Source: Bacillota bacterium (GTDB lineage: Bacteria > Bacillota > Desulfotomaculia > Desulfotomaculales > Nap2-2B). From it: 24,000 nt of DNA. The position numbers and the translations under genes are program-made. The first letter of the stretch is position 1; each line of letters starts with the position of its first letter. The notes beneath the pieces were generated by a model, which saw only the letters and a program-made list of their open reading frames with translations, had not been told where the DNA came from and made no database searches. This document shows, piece after piece, positions 16,209-23,875 of the stretch. The DNA lies in assembly GCA_040755975.1 (NCBI GenBank), contig JBFLZY010000040.1:1512-25511 (forward strand), read 5' to 3'.

Positions 16209-16639
16209 AGTTTTCCTGGACAGTAGCGTAATCATTGCCGGTCTCGCGTCAAAAAAAAGCGGTTCTTATGAGGTCCTTACCCTGGCTGAGTTAAAGATCA
16301 TAATCCCGTGCATATGTGAAGATATTGTGCGCGAAGTGTTCCGGAATGTGCAAAAGAAATTGCCCGGCAGCGCGGCGCACTTTTATGCGCTGTTCAAAAA
16401 GTTGCCTTTCAAAAATAATAGACCCATTGGAGGAAGACTTGGCGCTGGCAAGGAAATTAATTAACGAAAAAGATGCGCCGATTTTGGCGGCGGTCATGTC
16501 GGGGGAAGTGAACTGGCTGCTGAGTCTTGATAAGCATTTTTTAAGTGCAGAGCTGGAAGGAAAGGTTAAGTTTCAGCTCTGCACGCCGGGAGAGTTTTTG
16601 CAGAGGTTGCCGGACTCAATCAGCGTAAGCCCATATTGA
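16195..16639 (+). pseudogene. PIN-domain (VapC-like) toxin gene, frameshifted
   Basis: The N-terminal part (VFLDSSVIIAGLAS...) is in one frame. The C-terminal part (IIDPLEEDLALARKLINEKDAPILAAVMSGEVNWLLSLDKHFL) is in another frame. The switch falls at the A5 run at 16411-16415. Confidence 0.7.
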
Positions 16640-16706
16640 AAACTCAATATATTAACCATGTTTTCTGATGCGGATAATGGATGGTGCAATTACCACAAAT
16701 GCTTTT

Positions 16707-16886
16707 CTAACTCGACGCATGTTTTTTGATAGCTTCACTCACTATTTCTCCTTTTAGTTTCGGTGATAGCCCTTTTAATCGAACAAGAATAACCCCTTGG
16801 GATACGCCCTTGCCGGAAAACCAGTTCCCCAAAATCTTTATCAGCCGTTAATAAAATTGAATACTTTCATCAGCAAGGAATTTCAT
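16707..16886 (-). pseudogene. DUF5615 / Mut7-C-like toxin remnant
   Basis: It starts MKFLADESI with an ATGA overlap onto the DUF433 stop, then hits a stop after 12 codons. The C-terminal motifs LTADKDFGELVFRQGR and GVILVRLKGLSPKLKGEIV lie in two different frames. The central part is deleted. Confidence 0.6.
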
Positions 16887-17113
16887 TGCACGCTCTCCCT
16901 GACAGGGTAAACAACATCGGCTTTCAAAGCTTCAGCAGCAAAAGCCGGCGCTGCGTAAATAGCTTCGCGAGTCAAGCGTGGATGCGCTTCCAATCTTTGA
17001 TCAATAGTTTCACCAGCAGCAAGCTTTTCCAGGATCAATTCTACAGTAATGCACGTACGTACCGGCAATAACAGTTTTACCCATCATAAACGCAAACATA
17101 ACCTGAGCAAAGA
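16883..17113 (-). pseudogene. DUF433 antitoxin-type gene, 5'-truncated and frameshifted
   Basis: ITVELILEKLAAGETIDQRLEAHPRLTREAIYAAPAFAAEAL is in the ORF-track frame. The upstream VMF..MGKTVIAGT is in another frame. The shift falls at the tandem ACGTACGT at 17053-17062. No N-terminal region or start is present. Confidence 0.6.
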
Positions 17114-17342
17114 TGAAGTTGAACAGGTATTTATAAATGACCCTCATTATCGCTTCCTGGAAAAAGGTAAAATAAATGGTGAGAATGTATATGCAATTTA
17201 TGGCCGGACAGATTCAGGGCGATACTTAACAGTAATTTTTATTCGCAAGTTTAACAACCGGGCGTTAATCATCACTGCCCGTGATATGGATAGAAAGGAG
17301 CGAAAGCAATATGAAAAGCAAAAAAATAGACGAGATTCCTGA
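17049..17342 (+). CDS. brnT: BrnT-like (DUF497) ribonuclease toxin; the N-terminus may be eroded
   Basis: KHNLSKDEVEQVFINDPHYRF...GENVYAIYGRTDSGRYLTVIFIRKFNNRALIITARDMDRKERKQY fits the BrnT pattern (KHgvsFeEa..vF.d....E.R....G....gr.l.vv.....iRIISAR.a...E...Y). The first ~15 codons overlap the DUF433 fragment on the other strand. Confidence 0.65.
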   Translation: MHVRTGNNSFTHHKRKHNLSKDEVEQVFINDPHYRFLEKGKINGENVYAIYGRTDSGRYLTVIFIRKFNNRALIITARDMDRKERKQYEKQKNRRDS

Positions 17343-17565
17343 TGACATAACCATAGAAGAAGCTTCCGAATTTTGGGATACTCATAGTGTCGCGGATTAT
17401 CCTTCCAGGATGGTCCGAATAGAATATAGCCCCGAAGGAAACGTTACTTTTATTGCGATTTCAAATGAACTATTGAAAACATTAGACCAGAAAGCAAAGA
17501 AGGAAGGAATTTCTGTCGAAACACTGGTCAATTTATGGATCCAGGAAAAGCTCATCAGTGCGTAA
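17310..17565 (+). CDS. brnA: BrnA-like CopG/RHH antitoxin
   Basis: MKSKKIDEIPDDITIEEASEFWDTHSVADY...LLKTLDQKAKKEGISVETLVNLWIQEKL. An AGGAG RBS lies 9 nt upstream of the ATG at 17310 (the ORF track starts it at 17281). It overlaps the brnT 3' end. Confidence 0.7.
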
Positions 17566-17820
17566 TAAAGGTGACCTTTTACGGACAGAAAAAGATCACC
17601 TAAGATTAGTTTTTGGTTTACTTTCACGAAAGAAACTATATGTTGTCTGCCCGGGGTATGGGGACAAGCACACCGTCACCGAAGCTTACGGTAGATCTCT
17701 TCATATAATTTAATCTACCCCTTCGTCATGCAGATCATCCCAGAAACTCACTTCATACCTATCGGGCAAATGTATTTGATAGTTTTAGCCACTTCCACTT
17801 TCTCTTCCTTTATCATGCTG

Positions 17821-17922
17821 TCATCCCATTACTATTATATATGGCTCCGGATAACAATCCTGGAATGATGGAGACAGCCCAGAAAAAACCATGCCGGAGA
17901 TGAGCACGTTGGTATCAAGCAT
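17821..17922 (-). pseudogene. truncated PIN-domain toxin remnant downstream of the AbrB-like antitoxin
   Basis: The ATG at 17922, 13 nt after the antitoxin stop, reads MLDTNVLISGMVFSG.., a PIN N-terminal motif, then stops after 33 codons. Only weak fragments appear downstream. Confidence 0.4.
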
Positions 17923-17934
17923 TACTCGCACAAT

Positions 17935-18243
17935 TCAATCTCCCGCTGGATAAAGTTTCTTGACCAGTTTTTCCCGCACGGCCTCAACTTCCCGCTCAAG
18001 ATCTTCTCTGGTATATCCTTTCTGGCGGGCTTTAGCTTCCAACTCCTCCAGAAGGCTATCCAAGGGAGACACAGGTTCCAAAACCACTCTGCCGCTATCA
18101 GCATACACCCGTAGTCTGGTCTTGGGCGTGAGGCCCAGGGCATCGCGGCTGGGTTTGGGAATTGTCACCTGACCTTTAGGAGTGGGAGATACGAACTCCA
18201 CATGCATCGCTCCTTTGGTAGTTTTCTTAATATAGTCTAGCAT
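17935..18243 (-). CDS. AbrB/SpoVT-domain antitoxin-like protein
   Basis: PKGQVTIPKPSRDALGLTPKTRLRVYADSGRVVLEP is a SpoVT-AbrB motif. The true start may be the internal GTG/ATG near 18205, which is preceded by a GGAG. Confidence 0.65.
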   Translation of the reverse strand: MLDYIKKTTKGAMHVEFVSPTPKGQVTIPKPSRDALGLTPKTRLRVYADSGRVVLEPVSPLDSLLEELEAKARQKGYTREDLEREVEAVREKLVKKLYPAGD

Positions 18244-18375
18244 GAATTCTTACAGTAAGCAATAGGAAAGAAGGTAAGCGACGCAACTGCTATTAAACTC
18301 AGAAAAATGGGACTTTGGCAATTATCATCTGCAGGTAAAACAGGAAACAAAGATTAAAACAATCCCGTAGACACC

Positions 18376-18421
18376 AAAAAAAAATTCCGGCTCCAGGTTT
18401 TCCCCGGCGGCCGGGATTTTT
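18376..18421. terminator. rho-independent terminator downstream of the TolC-like gene (bidirectional shape)
   Basis: An A9 run, a ttccggc ... gccggga stem, then a T5 run. On the minus strand the hairpin is followed by T9. Confidence 0.6.
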
Positions 18422-18447
18422 GAGGAAACTTTTTTCGAAGAACCCTT

Positions 18448-19668
18448 CTACCGCCCCGAACTGCCGCCCGTGCTGACCGCGGAACTGCTCCCGGAACTGC
18501 TCGCGCTGCTGCCGCTGCTTCCGGCCCCCGCGTATGCCCAGGGCTTGGCGAAGGCCAGCTTCAAAATCTCGTGCTGGCAGGCAAGCTCAAGAAGGCTTCT
18601 TTCGGCATCCGCGAGCTTTGCCTGTGCATCAACCACTTCCGCCTGGGTGGCCATCCCCACCGCGTACTTTACTTCGGTCACCCGCAGGTTTTCCCTCGCC
18701 GTCGCCACCTGCTGCTCCTGAGCGGCGTAGTTGTCCTCGATCTGTCGGGCGGAGTAATAAATGCTTCGTACCAGTTTACGGAATTGCTCTTCTGCGCTGG
18801 CCGCTTCCAGCTCTTTCTTGCTCACGTCGATCTCCCAGGCCTTGTAAGGATCGGTGGCGCTGCTGCTGTTGAACGGGTAGAGGTCCAGCCTCAGCTTGTA
18901 GTAATCAATGTTCTGCTTCGCCAGCCAGACGGAGGGGCTCTCCTCCACCGCCCGCTCCACCTCGGTATCCAGGTTATCCACCTTTAAAGGCTCAAAACCG
19001 GGCCTGTCAACCAGCACGGGGCGGTCCTCCGGCCACAACCCTACCAGCAGGTTGAACTGCTGGTAGGTATCGTCCAGAGCCTTTCTCGCCGCCTCCAGCG
19101 CCCCTTTCGCGGCGGAGAGCCCGGCTTCCCCCGCGACCAGGTTCGTCTTCGCCGCCATCCCTGCAGCAAACTTTGCCTTCAGCAGGCGGTACTGCCAATC
19201 CGCGTTCTTCAGGGCCAGCTCCGCCGAGCGCACTTTTTCCTGCGCCTTGATTACCTCGTAGTAGGCCTTCTGAACGGACATGGCGGTTGTGTCCTTTTCC
19301 GCCTCGTAGCTCTTTTTGGCCGACTGCCAGCCGATGTCGGCCTGCACGAGGCCGGTGAAGGCAGCGGCGGCTTCAGCCTCGTCCTCGCCGGAGATGGGTC
19401 CGGCCGGGTACCACTTTACGCTATCGGCGGCTTTCTGCCTCACCTCGTAGCTCCGGTCCACGTCGTACTCCGCCTTCTTTAAGGATTTGCTGTTGGCCAG
19501 GGCCATTTCCACGGCCTGCTGCAGGGTCAGCTCGGGCGTGGCGGGCTCTTTGGCCCAGGCCGCCGTACCCCCGGCGGTTACCCCGGCGCTCATTATTAAT
19601 CCGATCAGCACGATAAGGCCAACAACAAAACAAGGTTTGAAAAACGCAGCCGCCCAAGTTCTTCGCAA
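18448..19668 (-). CDS. TolC-family outer-membrane-efflux-protein-like protein with signal peptide and a Ser/Gly-rich tail
   Basis: 406 aa. The N-terminal hydrophobic signal is followed by LTLQQAVEMALANSKSLKKAEYDV, the OEP-family opening. Two coiled-coil repeat halves follow. The C-terminus is GSSGSSASSSGSSS. Confidence 0.7.
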   Translation of the reverse strand: MRRTWAAAFFKPCFVVGLIVLIGLIMSAGVTAGGTAAWAKEPATPELTLQQAVEMALANSKSLKKAEYDVDRSYEVRQKAADSVKWYPAGPISGEDEAEAAAAFTGLVQADIGWQSAKKSYEAEKDTTAMSVQKAYYEVIKAQEKVRSAELALKNADWQYRLLKAKFAAGMAAKTNLVAGEAGLSAAKGALEAARKALDDTYQQFNLLVGLWPEDRPVLVDRPGFEPLKVDNLDTEVERAVEESPSVWLAKQNIDYYKLRLDLYPFNSSSATDPYKAWEIDVSKKELEAASAEEQFRKLVRSIYYSARQIEDNYAAQEQQVATARENLRVTEVKYAVGMATQAEVVDAQAKLADAERSLLELACQHEILKLAFAKPWAYAGAGSSGSSASSSGSSSAVSTGGSSGR

Positions 19669-19803
19669 AAAGCACCACCCCTAAAAATTTTCCTGACTTA
19701 ATTACTTCTTAACATTTTCTTCATTCAATTAACTGTTTTCCTGTTTAAGTATATACTGGCTATTTTCATAAAGTCAAGTTACAAATTTATGAACATGGAA
19801 AAT

Positions 19804-19842
19804 AAAAATTCCGGGCCCCCCGGAAGGGACCCGGAATTTTTT
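19804..19842. terminator. bidirectional rho-independent terminator after the surface-protein gene
   Basis: An A5 run, then an 11-bp stem ttccgggcccc / gggacccggaa (1 mismatch) with loop ccggaa, then a T6 run. Confidence 0.75.
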
Positions 19843-19865
19843 GCGCTTTGAATTGCTTTTCAGGC

Positions 19866-22055
19866 TTAGAGCTCCATGGTGACGGTCTGGTTGGCCTCGT
19901 CCCAGTCCACCTTGGCGCCCAGGGCCTGGGCTACCCAGCGGAACGGCAGCATGGTGCGGCCATCCTTAATCTCGGCGGGAACGTCCATGGCGATGCCGAC
20001 TCCGTTAATCACCATGACGTTGCTGCCGATGGTGAGCTGCACGACCTTGTCGCCCTTGATCAGGGTAACCTTGCCGTCAGCGTACAGGATGTTCTCCGGG
20101 GTCACACCGAGGGCCTGGGCCACGTAGCGCACCGGTACGAACGTCCGGCCGTCCTTGATGTACGGAGCCACGTCCATGGTCTGCTCAATACCGTTCACGG
20201 TGTAACTGGTGTCGTTGATGGTGAAGACCACGGTGGCGTGCTGCTCGCCAGGCGCGGGGGTTACGCATACCGCGTTAGCAGCTACCGCTGCAGCCTTAGA
20301 ATTCAGCCAAATATTCGATGTTTCAACTACCGCACCACCAACAACAGCTACATAGATGGGGCCTTCGGGGACAGTCCGGTCAAGAACATATTTGATCCCG
20401 CTGATTTTAATAGTACTAGGTGTGTCACTATCATTATCAATTGTCATGATTAACTTATTATCTTTGGTAAAGTCACTATCAGCGCGAGCAACCGAGTTTT
20501 TATCGATTTTAACGTCCCCTTCAACAACCTCAACTGTTGGTACTGTTGCAAAAGCAACACCCTCGGGTAATTTAAGAGCCAGTACCTGATCTTTCTTAAG
20601 TGATCCTTTCTTAACTTCAGTAATTGTGAGATCTCCTGCTACCTGACCAGACTTACCAATCTGTACTTCCGGCTTGCTGGCGGCAGCAATCTTCACTGGA
20701 GCAACAGCTTTTGCCACGACAAGTTCACCAGAAAGACCGGCACTACCGGAAACTGTGACCACTATGTCGCCAACTTTGCCAGCTTCAAGTGAAATTTCCA
20801 CATCCTTAATCTTTAGTTCAGCAGCCCCAGAAGAAGAACCACCGCTTACAACGAACTTGGCTGTTCTATTATCACTACCGGTTAAGCCAACAAAATCGAG
20901 ATAAATACCCTTACTAGCCGAGGTATCCTTGAGAGTTGCTTCATTCCATCTGGCGTTTGCCGGTAAGGTTAGAAGTACCGTCCGATTATTAATCAGGCTT
21001 TCCTTCATACCTTCTTTAATCACAATTTCGGCAATTTCTTGATTAGTTTTACCGGCAAATACTTCTGGAACGTCACCATCAACTTTAATGGTCGCTCCAT
21101 AATCACCATAGGTACCAACAACAATTTCATCCGGAGTAAGATCAGATTCCCCTGCAACTTCACATTTTACATCTCCGAGTTCAGCTTCGGTTTCGTCAGC
21201 GACCTCGAAATTCAGGGTAATTTCAAAGCAGGTCGCTTGAGTGGACTTAGTTGCAAGATTAATGGAGGCTTCTTCATCTTCATAATCAATAGTGAGATCT
21301 AGATCTTGGCCCCAAATCGTCGACTCAGTAAGAGCCCCATCGGAACCCTTCCATTTAAAACCATCGGGTAAAGTGAGTTTAATAGTTTCAGCTTCAGCCT
21401 TGAGAGCACCTGCTCTATTTTCCTTTACCCGCAGCTTTACAGTAAAGTCGCTGTTTGAGGTATCCTTGTCAATAACACTAATTTCCGCAGCACCGCCTGT
21501 TACTTTACCAACTACCACGCTTCCGCTGGGGAAACCGGATGTAGATGGTGCATCAGCGACTAATTCAATATCACCACTATATCCATCGTCAACATAGGCT
21601 TCCATTTCAATTTTCAAAAAGGCTTTATCGCCGTCAGCAGGATCGTAGTTCTGGATAGTCACCTGAATCTGATTATCGTCCAGCAACTTTGCAACAAATT
21701 CGTTACCGCTGCCAGTATATAGAGAGTTATCCGTTCCCTCTACTCTTTGTGGTGCACTAATTTTTAACAAGCCATCTGTATCACCTGCAAAGGTGTATGT
21801 ATCGGCAGTTACTGAAGGTGCATTTGTCTTGTCATCAATAAATTTAAAACCACTCGGAAGGCCAAAAATCACTACACTTCCATTTTTGATAGCATCCGCA
21901 GGAATCTCCGCAATTACCGTTCCCAACTCATAGTATCCATCATCATCAACGTTTGGCACGGTCAAAGCATAATAACCCGTCGCTGCTCCCGCCGGCGTGG
22001 CCATCGGCACCAGCAATGTCGCCAGCAGGGCCAGGGTGGCCAGGATGGCAATCAA
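19866..22055 (-). CDS. S-layer-like surface protein: four beta-rich modules plus a C-terminal tandem copper-amine-oxidase-N-terminal-like (cell-wall-associated) domain. In the present orientation it lacks RBS, ATG and signal-peptide n-region
   Basis: 729 codons. It begins at a TTG exactly at the inverted-repeat boundary, with an in-frame TAA 8 codons upstream. It has a signal h-region and an AGA/A cleavage site (IAILATLALLATLLVPMATPAGA). A module motif recurs 4 times (FGLPSGFKF, LTLPDGFKW, LTLPANARW, LKLPEGVAF). The C-terminus reads ..PYIKDGRTFVPVRYVAQALGV..KDGRTMLPFRWVAQALGAKVDWD. Confidence 0.8.
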   Translation of the reverse strand: MIAILATLALLATLLVPMATPAGAATGYYALTVPNVDDDGYYELGTVIAEIPADAIKNGSVVIFGLPSGFKFIDDKTNAPSVTADTYTFAGDTDGLLKISAPQRVEGTDNSLYTGSGNEFVAKLLDDNQIQVTIQNYDPADGDKAFLKIEMEAYVDDGYSGDIELVADAPSTSGFPSGSVVVGKVTGGAAEISVIDKDTSNSDFTVKLRVKENRAGALKAEAETIKLTLPDGFKWKGSDGALTESTIWGQDLDLTIDYEDEEASINLATKSTQATCFEITLNFEVADETEAELGDVKCEVAGESDLTPDEIVVGTYGDYGATIKVDGDVPEVFAGKTNQEIAEIVIKEGMKESLINNRTVLLTLPANARWNEATLKDTSASKGIYLDFVGLTGSDNRTAKFVVSGGSSSGAAELKIKDVEISLEAGKVGDIVVTVSGSAGLSGELVVAKAVAPVKIAAASKPEVQIGKSGQVAGDLTITEVKKGSLKKDQVLALKLPEGVAFATVPTVEVVEGDVKIDKNSVARADSDFTKDNKLIMTIDNDSDTPSTIKISGIKYVLDRTVPEGPIYVAVVGGAVVETSNIWLNSKAAAVAANAVCVTPAPGEQHATVVFTINDTSYTVNGIEQTMDVAPYIKDGRTFVPVRYVAQALGVTPENILYADGKVTLIKGDKVVQLTIGSNVMVINGVGIAMDVPAEIKDGRTMLPFRWVAQALGAKVDWDEANQTVTMEL
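21930..22054 (-). repeat. inverted repeat, left copy (IR-L)
   Basis: The reverse complement of 21930-22054 matches 23876-24000 at 125/125, checked block by block. The extent is limited by the window end. Confidence 0.95.
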
Positions 22056-22132
22056 TTCCCCTACATTCCCGAAAATTCCTTAAAAACGTGCCCGAATAGC
22101 AGTCGCCGGTTTTATTTTTGCTAACAATACAC

Positions 22133-22176
22133 AAAAAAAAGAGCGAGGGGTTGTTGCATGAAAGTCCCTCACCCTC
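22133..22176 (-). terminator. terminator-like hairpin plus U8 downstream of the recombinase gene
   Basis: On the minus strand GAGGG..(loop)..CCCCTC is followed by gctc and T8 (the complement of the A8 run at 22133-22140). Confidence 0.5.
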
Positions 22177-22219
22177 AGGCTTCAAAATAACTCAGTTTCC
22201 TGCTCAGCAATATCTGCTG

Positions 22220-23347
22220 CTAACTTCCTGCAAACCAGGTTCCCCCGGGGAGGGCTTTTTCGATGGCTTTCACGGCCTCGGCCTGGGAATCCGGCAGCAC
22301 GTGGCTGTAGCGGTTTAAGGTAATGTTTACGCTGGAATGCCCCAGGCGTTCCGACACTATTTTCGGGTGCACACCCTGTCTTAGTAACAGTGTCGCGTGG
22401 GTGTGGCGCAGGCCATGGAAGCGAATGTCCGGCACCTCGGCCATCCGGGCGTATTTGTGGATGGCGTGTTGCAATGTACTCGGGTTCGGCGGCTTTCCTG
22501 TGCGTTTGGAATAAAATACCGGCAAGTCATCTCTCCAGGGCTCTCCTTTTCTTAACCTTTCTTCGATTTGTTGTTTCCGGTTTTGCTTTAAAATCTGCAG
22601 TGTAGTCCCGTCTAAAGGCACCCGGCGCCGGGCGGCGGCAGTCTTAGGGGGCTGGGTGCAAACCTTTCCGGGCAAGTTGACTAAAGTCCGGGTGATCTGC
22701 AAGCTCCGCCGCTCAAAGTCGATGTCCCGCCACTGCAAACCCAGGAGTTCACCCAGCCGGGCACCGGTAGACAGCGCCAGGTAAAAGAGGCAGTAATATT
22801 TGCCTCCCCGGGCAACCCGGAGAAAACGAGCGGCCTCTTCCTCCGTCCAAACCCGCATTTCTTCCTGCCTGGCCAGGGGCGGATCAACCATATCGGCAGG
22901 ATTGCAGCCAATGAATCCCCATTTCAAGGCCTTCCGCAGAGCCGCCCGCAGGGTTATGAAAAGGGCTTTTTTAGTAACCGGCTTGACCGGCAGGCGGTTC
23001 ATCGCCGTCTGGATACCCCCGGCAGTGAGTTTTTGCAAAAAAAGAGGGCCGACTGCGTTTTTCCATTGCTCGACTTGCTTCTGGTAGGTATACAGCGTTG
23101 ATGGCTTAACCCTCTCCTTTGTTGCCTCAAGCCACAGATCCAGAAATTCCGGCACGGTTATCTGCTTTGTTTCAGGACGGAGCCTGGTTACTTCCGTAAT
23201 TAACCGGGCCAATTCTCTTTCCGCCTCTCTTTTTGAACCTTTTACCGTCACCCATTTTTGGCGTCTTTTCCCGGTAACGGGATCCCGCGGGAAATCCAGC
23301 ACCAGCGTCCAGGATTTCCTGCTTCTTTTTCTGATGTGACCGCGCAT
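22220..23347 (-). CDS. tyrosine recombinase, phage-integrase type
   Basis: 375 aa. The N-terminal arm or SAM-like domain reads SWTLVLDFPRDPVTGKRRQKWVTVKGSKREAERELARL. The catalytic region has ..ALSTGARLGELLGLQWRDID.., HGLRHTHATLLLRQGVHPKIVSERLGHSSVNITLNRYSHV (R..H-x-x-R..H..Y). Confidence 0.9.
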   Translation of the reverse strand: MRGHIRKRSRKSWTLVLDFPRDPVTGKRRQKWVTVKGSKREAERELARLITEVTRLRPETKQITVPEFLDLWLEATKERVKPSTLYTYQKQVEQWKNAVGPLFLQKLTAGGIQTAMNRLPVKPVTKKALFITLRAALRKALKWGFIGCNPADMVDPPLARQEEMRVWTEEEAARFLRVARGGKYYCLFYLALSTGARLGELLGLQWRDIDFERRSLQITRTLVNLPGKVCTQPPKTAAARRRVPLDGTTLQILKQNRKQQIEERLRKGEPWRDDLPVFYSKRTGKPPNPSTLQHAIHKYARMAEVPDIRFHGLRHTHATLLLRQGVHPKIVSERLGHSSVNITLNRYSHVLPDSQAEAVKAIEKALPGGTWFAGS

Positions 23348-23840
23348 AGTTTTCTCTTCTCCTTCCCTATCCTGGTTGATTGATTGCTATTAAAAACATT
23401 CCGGCTAAAAGGCAACTCCCTTGAGCGATCAGCATGAAACCAGGCACCAAGATTTTTTAATTTTTTTCCCGGCGGATGGAACTTTTTAGGTTGGTCTGTT
23501 GTCTAATAAATCAGGATGCGAAAGAAGAAGGGATTAACAAAATAAATACCTGCCTGGCAACGGGGAAAATTTTTGCTAACAAAGAAGGAAAAATGGGTGA
23601 ACGCGCAGAATATTCCTTTGTTGCCTGACTAATTTGCTTACTGGCTGGCTTTTATCAGCCCGTAATAGAAAACGCAGCAGTTCAACGAAGCTTTAGACGC
23701 AGCAGGAAACGAGAGATTTTCTAAAGGGGGGAGCAGCAGGTAAAAAAGGGCGACCGGCCCGCAAGAACGAAGGAAGAAAGCCTGTTTTCAGGCAACGCAA
23801 AGGCTGAAAAAGAGCAAAAAAGCAAAACCAATTTGTAAAA

Positions 23841-23875
23841 AGGAGGTTCAAACTGGATGCGGAAATCCAGGAAAC
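23841..23875 (+). promoter_or_regulatory. translation-start module inside the invertible segment: AGGAGG RBS, ATG and the MRKSRK n-region codons
   Basis: AGGAGG at 23841-23846, 10-nt spacing, ATG at 23857, then cgg aaa tcc agg aaa c before the repeat begins at 23876. Confidence 0.8.

Noticed and set aside
22220-23347. The integrase was considered as the end of a prophage or ICE inserted into the surface-protein gene, the classic integration scenario.
   Set aside because: Integration produces short direct repeats. Here the flanking repeats are long (at least 125 bp), perfect and inverted, and no phage or conjugation genes adjoin the integrase. This is kept as the alternative hypothesis under the main finding.
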